This document shows, in pieces, positions 27,332 to 37,140 of a DNA stretch of 64,000 nt (the first letter of the stretch is position 1; the number at the start of each line of letters is the position of its first letter). This stretch comes from a bacterium. Lineage in GTDB: Bacteria; Acidobacteriota; Blastocatellia; HR10. Made by a program: the position numbers and the translations under genes. The stretch covers positions 96,001-160,000 of the forward strand of contig JBEPZV010000001.1 of NCBI GenBank assembly GCA_041640655.1, given 5' to 3'. The notes below the pieces were generated by a model. That model saw only the letters and a program-made list of their open reading frames with translations, did not search any database and had not been told where the DNA came from.

Positions 27332-28906
27332 ATGTCTCAATCAGATAAACTCAACCGCAGAGACTTTTTACGCTTATCGGGCCTCGGGGTGGCGACTCTG
27401 TTCGCCGGTCCCCTCCTGAGCGGATGTACCTCCGCTGAACAGGGCACAGCCATCCCCACGGCAACCACTGCCGAGCTGGAGATCGCCCTGCAAGCGATGC
27501 GGGGAGAAGTATCCATCCTCCCCGGCAAAGCCACGCGTGTCTGGAGATACCAGGGTCAGGTGACCAAAGGCGACCCTGCCAGCCTGCAAACCCTGGATTC
27601 CTATCTTGGGCCGATTTTGCGGGTGCGAAGGGGGCAAAGAGTGCGCATCGTCTTCACTAATAACCTGTCTGAACAATCCATTGTGCATTGGCACGGTCTG
27701 CACGTACCGGACGATATGGACGGACATCCGCGCCATGCCATCGGACCCGGTCAGACCTATGTCTACGAGTTCCAGGTCCTCAACCGTGCCGGTACATACT
27801 GGTTCCATCCCCATCCCCATAAGATCACTGGCCCCCAAGTGTACAAGGGCCTGGCCGGCTTGTTCTTGGTCTCTGATGACGAGGAAATGGCCGCCGGCCT
27901 GCCCTCTGGGGAGTATGATATCCCACTGATCATTCAAGACCGCACCTTCGACGCCGACAACCAACTGCTCTATCTTCCAGGCGGGATGATGGATCAGATG
28001 ATGGGGTTCCTGGGAGACCGTATCCTGGTCAACGGGCAACCCGACTTTGTGCTGCCGGTGGCGACGCGGCCTTATCGTCTACGTCTGCTCAACGGTTCCA
28101 ACTCCCGCATCTACAAACTCGGTTGGGAGGACGGCACTCCTTTGATGGTCATTGCCACTGACGGCGGCCTGCTGGAAAAGCCGGTGCAACGCAGCTACGT
28201 GGTTCTCGCCCCTGGCGAGAGAGTTGAGCTGTGGGTTGATTTTAGCGGGCGTCCCCTGGGTAGCGAACTGCGCCTACAAAGCCTGGCTTTTGCTGGTGCT
28301 GAAGCCACAAGGATGATGATGGGTCGTGCACCAGCGTTACCCAACGGGTCGGAGTTTACCGTGATGCGCGTACGCGTGGAGCGGGAATCCGAAGAAAAAC
28401 AGGCGCTGCCTGAACGCCTCTCCACCATCCCGCGCTACCGGTTGGAAGATGCAGTCAACCGCGAGAAGCCGCGTGCCTTCACCCTCACCATGCAGCAAAT
28501 GCTTTGGACGATCAATGGCCGCACTTTCGAGATGGAAAGCGTGGCCAAGGACGAAGTGGTCAAATTGAACACCATAGAGGTGTGGGAGTTCGTCAATCAG
28601 CCGGGCAGCATGGGTATGGGTATGATGGGCGGTATGGTGGAAGAGATGGCCCACCCCATGCACATCCACGGGCTGCAATTCCAGGTCATAAAGCGTGAGG
28701 TGCGCCCAGAGATGACTGCCAACTGGGAAACCGTAAGCGCCGGCTACGTGGATGAGGGCTGGAAGGATACGGTACTGGTAATGCCAGGCGAACGAGTCAG
28801 GCTTCTGCTCAAGTTCGAGGACTTTACCGGCCTGTACCTTTACCACTGCCACAACTTGGAACACGAAGACCTGGGGATGATGCGCAATTACCGAGTAACT
28901 GCGTAA
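27332..28906 (+). CDS. Multicopper oxidase (CueO/laccase-like), Tat-exported lipoprotein
   Basis: NRRDFL Tat motif, LSGC lipobox, HWHG, WFHPH, HPMHIHG, YHCHNLEHEDLGMM; Met-rich loops. Confidence 0.95.
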   Translation: MSQSDKLNRRDFLRLSGLGVATLFAGPLLSGCTSAEQGTAIPTATTAELEIALQAMRGEVSILPGKATRVWRYQGQVTKGDPASLQTLDSYLGPILRVRRGQRVRIVFTNNLSEQSIVHWHGLHVPDDMDGHPRHAIGPGQTYVYEFQVLNRAGTYWFHPHPHKITGPQVYKGLAGLFLVSDDEEMAAGLPSGEYDIPLIIQDRTFDADNQLLYLPGGMMDQMMGFLGDRILVNGQPDFVLPVATRPYRLRLLNGSNSRIYKLGWEDGTPLMVIATDGGLLEKPVQRSYVVLAPGERVELWVDFSGRPLGSELRLQSLAFAGAEATRMMMGRAPALPNGSEFTVMRVRVERESEEKQALPERLSTIPRYRLEDAVNREKPRAFTLTMQQMLWTINGRTFEMESVAKDEVVKLNTIEVWEFVNQPGSMGMGMMGGMVEEMAHPMHIHGLQFQVIKREVRPEMTANWETVSAGYVDEGWKDTVLVMPGERVRLLLKFEDFTGLYLYHCHNLEHEDLGMMRNYRVTA

Positions 28907-29214
28907 TTCGACGGCACCGGCATGTGTGTATAGAACGTCAAGCGCGAGAGAAGGTTAGCAAGGCCCGAGCAGGTATATATTTTCCAGCCAGCAATCCCCA
29001 TTCTCCTTTCTCCTTCACGACCAACCGGGGACCAAAGTCGGTGGACCCATGCCAGCGGTTGACTCAGGGTGGGCAGTCGGTGATATACTGGCGGCGACTT
29101 GTGGTGGTGTGAAAGCGGGTCGGCGAGGGAGCGTTCCCGTGTTGGAGCAGAAGAGGGTTGAGGGCTCGGACTTCGAGATCGCGCCTGATGGGCACACCGA
29201 CGTCCGTCGCATGT

Positions 29215-29443
29215 ATGGCTCCCGCTGTGCGCGCGCCGCAGTCCGGGCGGCTCCAACAGGTGCGTCGGGCGCTCTGGGCGCGGCATGACCGTCGCCAAGC
29301 GGAAGAGGGGGATGGGGAGCAGGCGGTTCATCATCTTCCACAAGGTCTGTCTCGGCCACAAAGCCGTGCGGACGGCGGTGGTCTACATGCATGTGTTGAA
29401 CCGGCGCGGTCCAGGTGTCCCGAGCCCGGCTGATGCATTGTGA
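29215..29443 (+). pseudogene. intI: Integron integrase remnant with large internal deletion
   Basis: N-terminal RLQQVRRALWARHDRRQAEEG, frameshift to RRFIIFHK, joined directly to C-terminal LGHKAVRTAVVYMHVLNRRGPGVPSPADAL-stop. Confidence 0.75.
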
Positions 29444-29584
29444 GCGATGCGCGTGGGACGGAAACCGTATCACAGGACGAGGACATAAAGTGAGGGGACA
29501 TGATGGAAACAAACCGCTTGGCGATCAAGGCGCCGATGCGTCTTCTGCCAAGACACCGCCAAGATCTGGGGGATGCCAGGCGGG

Positions 29585-29700
29585 AACCGAGCATGTCAGC
29601 TGGCCGAACAGGGTGGAGATGAGGTTCTCTATCTTGAGGCGCCAATGCTTGTGCCACCACTTGCCCAACCGGTGCGTCGGGAAGTAGAGGGGCAGCCGCT
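29585..29700 (+). pseudogene. IS630-family transposase fragment
   Basis: HVSWPNRVEMRFSILRRQCL resembles the IS630 HxSWLNxVEIxFSILxRQCL motif. Confidence 0.55.
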
Positions 29701-29870
29701 CGGGCGACGGTGGCTTGGCGTCTTGCCACAGCGCATGCGCGGCAAAAATGGCATCGCCACTACGCGAAGGCCAACAGGTGATTGCCAAATGTAATGTGGT
29801 CGAGTACGCGCATCAGGCAACACACAGGGAAGTGATCGGTGTGCTCGCGAGGCATCTTTGGGGGGGCCTG

Positions 29871-30527
29871 ATGGTGTTCGTGGGGATGGCGCGCACCCCG
29901 TGGGGAGTGTTGGCACAGAAGCCGCTGGCCGAGAAGCTGCATGATCCCACGACGGACCGCGCCTATCCCGTGGTGCGCGACCCTCGGTTGAACTACGTGG
30001 TGAGCGCGCTGGAGCTCACCGGCGATTTCTACCGGTTGCGCTTCAAGCAGGCGTTCGTCTCCTTCGGGGTGACCGAGCGCGGGACGACGGAAGTCGTGAT
30101 CATCGGCTGGACGCCCCAACGGGAGGCCCCCTCAGGGGAGCTGATCCTGACGCCTTCGCCCGACGTGAAAAAGCTGGAGGCTGTGCTCTCACCCGGAGGT
30201 GCGCCCGAGCCCACACGGCCGATCGAGAGCGTTCCCGAGCGCCGTCGTGTGACCAGGGTCTACCTCCGTCTGCATCCCGGCGACCCGTTCCTGAACATCC
30301 CTGCAGAGCGGTTGCGTTCCGAGCCGGATCCCGCACGACATGATGAGGCCGAAGCCGTCCGGCGATCGCGGTTCCCGTTGTACCTCAACGAAGGACCCTC
30401 ACAGGCGATCATTCCACCTCCCGGCGTGCGCGTGCTCGATGCGGAGACGACATCAGGGGACCGGATCGTGGTGCTCGATGGGCCGAACGTTCCCCGGAGC
30501 ATCACCCGATTGATCGTGAGGCGTTGA
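29871..30527 (+). CDS. Hypothetical protein, start uncertain, possibly exported
   Basis: Open frame with host-like GC3; no recognised motif. Confidence 0.5.
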   Translation: MVFVGMARTPWGVLAQKPLAEKLHDPTTDRAYPVVRDPRLNYVVSALELTGDFYRLRFKQAFVSFGVTERGTTEVVIIGWTPQREAPSGELILTPSPDVKKLEAVLSPGGAPEPTRPIESVPERRRVTRVYLRLHPGDPFLNIPAERLRSEPDPARHDEAEAVRRSRFPLYLNEGPSQAIIPPPGVRVLDAETTSGDRIVVLDGPNVPRSITRLIVRR

Positions 30528-30679
30528 ATCGGGGGAAGACCCGCCGAAGAGCGGCTCACCGGAATGCCCCCGGGTCGGTCGCGCTCCCACCGGGGTCCTC
30601 TCCGCCGCATCAGATCAGCATATCACCCGCGTTCGTGGCGAAGACAAGGGGTCCGGCACGCCTCCCCACCGCCTGTGAA

Positions 30680-31384
30680 TCAGCCGAGAGGGACGTCAAC
30701 GGGGACAGCGCTTCTCACGAGAATGCGCCCCGAGGTGACCGAACACGCATAGGCGCACAGCACCACACCGGCGTGCAACGCCTCGCGCCCGGCTTCGACC
30801 AGCTCCGGATCCGCCCGAACATCGAGTCGCAGCCGGCGCGCATCATCCCGCTGGATGAACCAGATCATGGCCGCGCGCATTCCCCGTCGAACCGCGCGCG
30901 CGAGCGCTCGCAAGTGCCGGGCACCGCGGGCCGTGGGGGCGTCCGGGAAGAGCGCGACACGATCCTCCACGCGATTGCACGACTTCGTCTCCACAAGCCA
31001 CACCCCGTCAGCCGCCTGCACGCGAAAGTCCAGGCGTTCGCCCTCATAGGAGACCTCTCGTTCCCACCCGAGGACGCCGCAAACGGGCGGAAGACCGCCG
31101 GTTCGAAGCGCGGTCTCCCAGAGGCGGTTCGGCACCTGGCTGTCCACGCCCACCCATCGGCCACAATGATGCACCAGAAGCAGCGTCCCCCACGTCCGAC
31201 CATGCCCAGTGGGGTGCACGCGCACCAGGACTCCGGGGATCAACAGTTCCGAGAGGCGACCGGAATTGGGCAGATGGACATATCGGTGCTGACCCGCGAC
31301 CACGACCTCCGCGGCGAAGCGGTTCACGCGCTGCACGAATCGGCCCGCGAGAAGGGGGCGAGGGAGTCGAAGCTCCACGCGCAT
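30680..31384 (-). CDS. sfsA: SfsA family DNA/RNA nuclease-like protein
   Basis: FVQRVNRF, HLPNSGRLSELL, RLDF, VETKSC, ALFPDAPTARGARHLRAL. Confidence 0.9.
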   Translation of the reverse strand: MRVELRLPRPLLAGRFVQRVNRFAAEVVVAGQHRYVHLPNSGRLSELLIPGVLVRVHPTGHGRTWGTLLLVHHCGRWVGVDSQVPNRLWETALRTGGLPPVCGVLGWEREVSYEGERLDFRVQAADGVWLVETKSCNRVEDRVALFPDAPTARGARHLRALARAVRRGMRAAMIWFIQRDDARRLRLDVRADPELVEAGREALHAGVVLCAYACSVTSGRILVRSAVPVDVPLG

Positions 31385-31484
31385 CCTGACATCATAGCGC
31401 ACCACTGGCGCACCGCTCCACACATCGCGGTCTCTCGGGTCACGCCCCTGGACTTTCCCGGCTCTTTCGTGTACCCTCTCGCAT

Positions 31485-31498
31485 CAAACAAGCGTTTG
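31485..31498. promoter_or_regulatory. TetR-type operator copy 1 (CAAACAAGCGTTTG)
   Basis: Palindrome 30 bp upstream of the Fe-S oxidoreductase; matches the sites at 33637 and 52811. Confidence 0.6.
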
Positions 31499-31528
31499 GT
31501 CCGATGCATCTCGCGGAGGAGAGTGAGG

Positions 31529-33535
31529 ATGCCGACACGAGAGGTCTATTGGAACATCCACCACGTCTGGATCATGTATGCGCTGCTTGTACCCACCCTG
31601 CTCATCTTCGGATACGGGGTGTACCGTCGCCTCCGACTCTGGCGGCGGGGGCGGCCCTATCCGGTTCAGTGGAAGGAGGCGCTCCCACGCGCGAAGGCCA
31701 TCGCCATAGACGTTCTCGCTCATCGGCGAATGCTTCGAGAGGCTTATTCCGGACTCGCGCATCTGGCCCTCTTCGCCGGATTCCTCATCCTCTTCATCGG
31801 GACGCTCGTCGTGATGGTCCACGAGGATTTCAAGATGCGGATCATGCAGGGGGCGTTCTATCTCTATTTCCAATCGCTCACTCTCGATCTCTTCGGCCTG
31901 CTGGCGATCTTGGGCATCGCGATGCTCGCCGCGAAACGTTATCTCATGAGGCCCGCCCGGCTGCATGTGAACGTTCCCGAACGAGAGGGCGCCTCGCGGC
32001 AGCGACCCCGAGAAGACGCCCTCCTGCTGGCCGTGATCTTCCTGATCCTCGTGACGGGCTTCCTCATCGAAGGGTTGCGGATCGCCGCCACGCGCGATCC
32101 ATGGGGCCGATGGTCTCCCGTCGGCTGGCTCCTCGCCCAGTGGTTCCACGCGCATTGGGAAGTGGCGATGATGCGGGAGGTGCACCGGTTCCTCTGGTGG
32201 TTTCACCTTGTGCTCACCTTCGGATTGATCGCCTGGCTCCCCTACACAAAGCTCCTCCACATCTTCACGGCAGCGGCGAATATCTTCCTGCGCCCTCTGG
32301 AACCCGCCCGCGCGCGGCTCGCACCGCTCGATCTGGAGACCGCTCAGACATTGGGCATCACCCGCATCGAGGACTTCACCTGGAAGGACCTGCTCGATCT
32401 GGATGCGTGTACCGAATGTGGCCGGTGCCAACAGGAATGCCCTGCGACGGCGACGGGGAAGCCCCTCTCGCCGAAGACGCTCATCCTCGACCTTCGCGAG
32501 GCCCTATCCGCCTCGGAGAAGGACAGCGCTCCTCTCATCGGACGATTCATCGGTGAGGAGACGCTCTGGTCGTGCACGACGTGCCTGGCATGCACGCGCG
32601 CCTGTCCGGTCTTCATCGAGCATGTGCCGAAGATCGTCGGCATGAGGCGGTACCTCGTGATGGAAGAAGCGCGCGTGCCGGAGCTGATGGCGGAGACGCT
32701 GCGGTCGCTCGAGGATCGGGGGCACCCCTTCCGCGGCGCGACACTCTCGCGCACCGACTGGTGCCGCGACCTCTCGATCCCATCCCTTCGAGAGGCCGAC
32801 CATGTGGATTTCTTGCTCTGGGTCGGCTGCGCCTCCGCACTCAACGAACGAAATCACCGGGTCGTTCGAGCCCTCGTCCGCGCGCTTCGCGAGGCCGGCC
32901 TCCGATTCGCCATCCTCGGCTCAGAAGAACGATGCACCGGCGACCCCGCTCGACGCATCGGAAACGAATACCTCTTCGAGCAGCTCGCGCGCGAGAACAT
33001 CCGCCGCTTGAACGCCTACGGCGTGCGACGGATCGTGACCGTATGTCCGCATTGCTTCAACTGCTTCACCCATGAGTATCCGCACTTCGGCGGACAGTAC
33101 GAGGTGATCCATCACAGCCAGCTCCTGGCTGATCTCGTGCGCGCCGGGCGACTTCATCCCCGACACCCTCACGCCATCGCCGTGACCTATCACGACCCGT
33201 GCTACCTCGGGCGATATAACGACATCTATGACGCACCGCGAGACGTCCTCCGCGCGTGCGCGCGCGACCTGCGCGAGATGTCGCGCTGTCGCGACCGCGC
33301 CTTCTGCTGCGGCGCCGGAGGCGGATTGATGTGGACGGAGGAGCTGGGACGGCGCATCAATCACGAACGCGCGCAGCAGGCGCTCCGGACCGAAGCCCAC
33401 GTCATCGCCGTCTCCTGCCCCTTCTGCCTGATCATGCTCGAGGAGGGCATCACGGCCAAAGCGGAAGGCCGGACCGTCGAGGTCCTCGATATCGCCGAGG
33501 TGCTGGAGCGCACTCTGGACCGGGAGCCCACATGA
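31529..33535 (+). CDS. Membrane Fe-S oxidoreductase (FadF/HdrD-like: TM heme domain, two 4Fe-4S clusters, two CCG domains)
   Basis: TM helices with His, CTECGRCQQECP, CTTCLACTRACP, ERCTGDP, YHDPCYLGR, FCCGAGGG, SCPFC. Confidence 0.9.
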   Translation: MPTREVYWNIHHVWIMYALLVPTLLIFGYGVYRRLRLWRRGRPYPVQWKEALPRAKAIAIDVLAHRRMLREAYSGLAHLALFAGFLILFIGTLVVMVHEDFKMRIMQGAFYLYFQSLTLDLFGLLAILGIAMLAAKRYLMRPARLHVNVPEREGASRQRPREDALLLAVIFLILVTGFLIEGLRIAATRDPWGRWSPVGWLLAQWFHAHWEVAMMREVHRFLWWFHLVLTFGLIAWLPYTKLLHIFTAAANIFLRPLEPARARLAPLDLETAQTLGITRIEDFTWKDLLDLDACTECGRCQQECPATATGKPLSPKTLILDLREALSASEKDSAPLIGRFIGEETLWSCTTCLACTRACPVFIEHVPKIVGMRRYLVMEEARVPELMAETLRSLEDRGHPFRGATLSRTDWCRDLSIPSLREADHVDFLLWVGCASALNERNHRVVRALVRALREAGLRFAILGSEERCTGDPARRIGNEYLFEQLARENIRRLNAYGVRRIVTVCPHCFNCFTHEYPHFGGQYEVIHHSQLLADLVRAGRLHPRHPHAIAVTYHDPCYLGRYNDIYDAPRDVLRACARDLREMSRCRDRAFCCGAGGGLMWTEELGRRINHERAQQALRTEAHVIAVSCPFCLIMLEEGITAKAEGRTVEVLDIAEVLERTLDREPT

Positions 33536-33605
33536 GCCGCCTCGCCCGATGCTTCGACGCCCCCCAGGGAGTGCGCGCCAGCTCCCGCCGGATGAAAAAA
33601 GGGAC

Positions 33606-33650
33606 TTGACTCACGGCGGGACATGTGGTAATTTACCAAACGGTTGTTTG
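33606..33650 (+). promoter_or_regulatory. Sigma70-like promoter with overlapping TetR-type operator copy 2
   Basis: TTGACT, 17-nt spacer, TAATTT with extended TG; CAAACGGTTGTTTG at 33637-33650. Confidence 0.7.
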
Positions 33651-34033
33651 ATAGCGGATGCGGGTGCGGCGGTGCGAGGACGCGTGCGGGGGGATTCCTG
33701 CAGACGGCGTTCGATCGGACGTGGGCGGATCCTACAACCGAGGGGCTTCCAGAACCGGTTCAGCCTGCGCGACCGGAACGGCGGTAGCGCGCCTCCTCTC
33801 CGCGCGGCTTCCCGGGGAGAGCTCCGGGCTCGCATGTCGGCTCCTCCAGATGGCAGACTCCCGTGTGAAGGCCTCAGGTCACCTCGCTCATCCGGAGACC
33901 CTCGAGGTGCTCCCCGGCGAGATCCCTATGCCGGGGAGCGGGAATCGGCTCCTGCGCCGATCTCGGGGGAGCGCCGAGTGAGGGGGATATTGCCGGAAGA
34001 CCCGCGGCTCTCGATCTCCAGGAGGACAACAGC

Positions 34034-35224
34034 ATGGCGGTCCGACGTATTGATCTGTCCGATATCCCGAACTCCTATTGGTCAGCTATTGACAACCTGA
34101 TGGCTCGCGAGATGTCCGAGGGGACGTTCCGCAAGACCGTCGTCGTGCTCCGGTTCAGCGAGGCGCGACCTGCGCTGAGTATCGGGATCAACGATGACGG
34201 GGATCGAATCCATCCGCGACGCGCCCGCGAGCGTGGGCATACCCCGTTTCGCCACCTCTGCTGCGGGGGCGGGGCCGGAGCGTTCACCGCCGGTTTGCCC
34301 CTGATCCTCTACTACTATCGAAAGCCCTACGAGAAGCCGGCCGTCACCCTCCTCTCAGAATCCACCCGGAACGGCGAGGCCAATGCGCGGGCCCTGCGTC
34401 GGCTCGGCTTCACGGCCGAATACCGGGCGATCGGCGATACGGAGATCCTCATCGGAGAGGCGCGCTACAAGGTCATCGCCAGCTACGCCGGTAACTACGC
34501 TCTGCCCGACTACTGGTCCGCCTGTAGCTCGATCATCTGGAGCCCGATCCCTCCCCAGACGGCCCAGGCCTATATGGAGTGCATCTATCACGACCCGGAG
34601 AAGTTCGAAGATAAGGAGGCGAAGACGCCGCAGGCGCGGATGAAACCGCTTCAGGAGGTGGCCAAACAGCAGGGGATTTCGATACAGTTAGAAGACGTCA
34701 TCGAGGCGGTGATCGAAGAGAACGTGAGGGCCCTCATGGGAGAGCAGACCGTGATCTCCGAGTCCTGGGCGCCGGAGGAGGAAGAGGAGTTGACGCGCAC
34801 CGTGCCCTTCTTCGAGAGCGAGACGTGGATCAAACGACTCTCCACCAAGCACCTCTGCGCGACGGCGCCGGTGGCCAGCCGAGTGGGCGTGGCCGCGTAC
34901 AAATCCCGTAAGCTCATCCGCGCGAGCCTCATCGTCACCGAACACGGGGAGATTCACGATTGCCTGATCACGGGGGATTTCTACTGGAGGCCGCAGCCGA
35001 CGATCTTCTCCTCCGGGGCCTTGGACTATTTCCGCGAGGCTCTGCGCGGTCTCCCCCTGGCTGCGGAAGACGAGATCGCGAAGGCCATCGAAGGCGTCTT
35101 CAATCGACCCGATTTCGAGATGCCGTTGATCCGACCCGAGGACGTCCTCCGCGCGATTCGGAAAGCCGGCGAACGGCTCATCCCCGTCGAGGCGTATCAG
35201 GAGCCGCTCGCAGCGCGCGCGTGA
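34034..35224 (+). CDS. Divergent lipoate-protein ligase A-like protein with C-terminal domain
   Basis: AIDNLM, PALSIG, RHLCCGGGAG (cf. RRxxGGGAV), YKVIAS Lys, DPEKFEDK, YKSRKLIR...ITGDF. Confidence 0.65.
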   Translation: MAVRRIDLSDIPNSYWSAIDNLMAREMSEGTFRKTVVVLRFSEARPALSIGINDDGDRIHPRRARERGHTPFRHLCCGGGAGAFTAGLPLILYYYRKPYEKPAVTLLSESTRNGEANARALRRLGFTAEYRAIGDTEILIGEARYKVIASYAGNYALPDYWSACSSIIWSPIPPQTAQAYMECIYHDPEKFEDKEAKTPQARMKPLQEVAKQQGISIQLEDVIEAVIEENVRALMGEQTVISESWAPEEEEELTRTVPFFESETWIKRLSTKHLCATAPVASRVGVAAYKSRKLIRASLIVTEHGEIHDCLITGDFYWRPQPTIFSSGALDYFREALRGLPLAAEDEIAKAIEGVFNRPDFEMPLIRPEDVLRAIRKAGERLIPVEAYQEPLAARA

Positions 35225-35252
35225 GGAGAGACTTCTCCAGGGAGAAGCCACC

Positions 35253-36536
35253 ATGCCGGATGCCTATTGGGAGGCCGCGCTGGAGACGATGCCGCGCGAG
35301 CAGCTCCTCCGTTGGCAGGAGGAACACCTGCGGCAGCATCTCGCCTACGTCTATGAGAAATCTCCCTACTATCGGCGCGCGTTCGAGGCGGCCGGGATCG
35401 CGCCCGCGGAGATCACGAACCTGGAGGCGTTCGCGGCCGCCGTGCCCTGCCTCACCAAGATGCAGATCATCGAGGATCAGCGGGAGCATCCCCCGTTTGG
35501 TCGGCTCCTGGCCGTCGAACCGACGGAGCTGATGCGCATCTATTGGTCGCCCGGACCGGAGCTGATCGTCTTCACGCCGCACGACTATGCCTATGTCCTC
35601 GATCTCGCCGCCAAGGCGTTCTACACCTGCGGCGCGCGCCCGCAGGATATCGTGGACGTGACCTGCACGTATCACTGGGTCATCGCGGGGACCGTTATCG
35701 ATGAGGCGTTCCGAAAGATCGGATGCACCGTGATCCCCGGAGGGGCCGGACAGAGCCGAATGCACATTGAGGTCATGCGCGCGACGCGGACGACGGTCCT
35801 GTTCGCCTTCTTCACCTTCGCCGAGGAATTGGGCCGCGTCGCTCGCGAGATGGGACTCGATCCCGCGCGCGATCTCACGCTCCGTCTCGCCATCGTGACC
35901 GGGGAGTTGAGGGCGCGCACGCTGCGTCACGAACTGGAGCAGACCTTCGGCCTTCGAACGCGCGAGATCTACGGGGCGAGCGAAGTCCCCTTCGTGGCGG
36001 CCGAATGCCCCGAAGGCGGCGGCATGCACCTGGATCCTCGCTTCATCGTGGAGGTCCTCGATCCGCAGACGCAACAGCCGGTCGCCGAGGGCGAGAGCGG
36101 CGAGCTGGTGATCACCGATCTCATCAAGCGAGCGCAACCGAGCATCCGCTATCGCACCGGCGACATCACCGAAGGACTGGACCTCACACCCTGCCCGTGC
36201 GGGCGGACGACGCCGAAGATGCGACCGATCCTCGGCCGGGTCGGACAGATCCCCCGAGTGAAAGGGCTCTTCATCGTCCCACGAGAGGTCGAGGAGGTCA
36301 TCCGCCGGTATCCGCAGCTCGGGCGGTTCCAGCTCATTGTGGATCGCCCGGAGATTCGCGATCGGCTCACCATCAAAATCGAGCTGAAATCCCCACCCGA
36401 AGGGACGAACTTGAGGGAGACGCTGCTGCGCGACTTGAAGGAGAAGATACGCGTGACGGCGGATGAGCTCGTCTTCGTTCCCGAGGGGAGCATCCCGGCC
36501 GATGTTCCTCTCGTCGAAGACCTGCGGCGCGTGTGA
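35253..36536 (+). CDS. Phenylacetate-CoA ligase (PaaK) family protein
   Basis: YEKSPYYR, IYGASE, GELVIT, IRYRTGD, ILGR; the usual SSGTTG P-loop appears as SPGP. Confidence 0.8.
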   Translation: MPDAYWEAALETMPREQLLRWQEEHLRQHLAYVYEKSPYYRRAFEAAGIAPAEITNLEAFAAAVPCLTKMQIIEDQREHPPFGRLLAVEPTELMRIYWSPGPELIVFTPHDYAYVLDLAAKAFYTCGARPQDIVDVTCTYHWVIAGTVIDEAFRKIGCTVIPGGAGQSRMHIEVMRATRTTVLFAFFTFAEELGRVAREMGLDPARDLTLRLAIVTGELRARTLRHELEQTFGLRTREIYGASEVPFVAAECPEGGGMHLDPRFIVEVLDPQTQQPVAEGESGELVITDLIKRAQPSIRYRTGDITEGLDLTPCPCGRTTPKMRPILGRVGQIPRVKGLFIVPREVEEVIRRYPQLGRFQLIVDRPEIRDRLTIKIELKSPPEGTNLRETLLRDLKEKIRVTADELVFVPEGSIPADVPLVEDLRRV

Positions 36537-36570
36537 GTCCGTGGGACGCACCACGTATGTGAGTCGGACT

Positions 36571-37127
36571 ATGAGAGCTCAGGAGCCGCAATCCCCCAAG
36601 CGACCGATCTGGGGCACCCCACGTGGGGACCCTTCTGGTGGAGTCGTCACGATCTCCGGCCGTTCACCCTCAGCGATGAAGAGGCCTGGGAGCTCATCAC
36701 CACCCCGCCCTGGCGTTGCGTGATCGCATGGGTCACACGAGAGAACCAGCCCGTGGTCGCCCCCATGGCGTATCAGGTGCTCGATGGGAAGATCATGCTC
36801 ACCACGACGAAGAACCGAGATAAAGTGAAAGCCTTCCGGCGGAACCCTGCGATCTCCCTCTGCTTTCAGAACGCCAAGGGCTCCAAACCTGTGACCGTGC
36901 GCAGCCGCCTGGACTCCGACGATCCCGAGCTCACCCGCCGCTGGATCACGTCCATCGTGGACAGCTACGGGCATCCCCTGAGTCTGGAAGAGAAGCAGCT
37001 CGACATCGCGCGTTACAGCAGCCCGGATCGGCTCATCCTCATCGTCACGATGGAGGAACTGCTCACCTTCGATCGAGAGAAGATGATCCGGGCCGAGCGG
37101 GAGAACCTCGACGTGTGGGAGACGTGA
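36571..37127 (+). CDS. Pyridoxamine-5'-phosphate-oxidase-like (PPOX split-barrel) protein; 5' end frameshifted or starting at GTG 36720
   Basis: LSDEEAWELI...IAWVTRENQPVVAPM, RDKVKAFRRNPAISL; ATG 36571 is out of frame by a 20-bp palindrome. Confidence 0.65.
36612..36632. repeat. 21-bp palindromic element GGGCACCCCACGTGGGGACCC, copy 1
   Basis: Identical to 41242-41262. Confidence 0.85.
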
Positions 37128-37140
37128 CGGAGGATCGCTC

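Noticed and set aside
29059..29089. Promoter for the intI remnant (TTGACT...TATACT)
   Set aside because: The 19-nt spacing is poor; it is possible only as an extended -10 promoter, so it is not called.
30524..31528. N-terminal extension of the 1003-aa ORF
   Set aside because: It is the antisense shadow of sfsA; the oxidoreductase has its own RBS and ATG at 31529.
33810..33885. Glycine riboswitch suggested by GGAGAG, GAAGG and CTCAGG words upstream of the LplA-like gene
   Set aside because: Spacing and pairing do not fit the aptamer by eye; an Infernal search would be needed.
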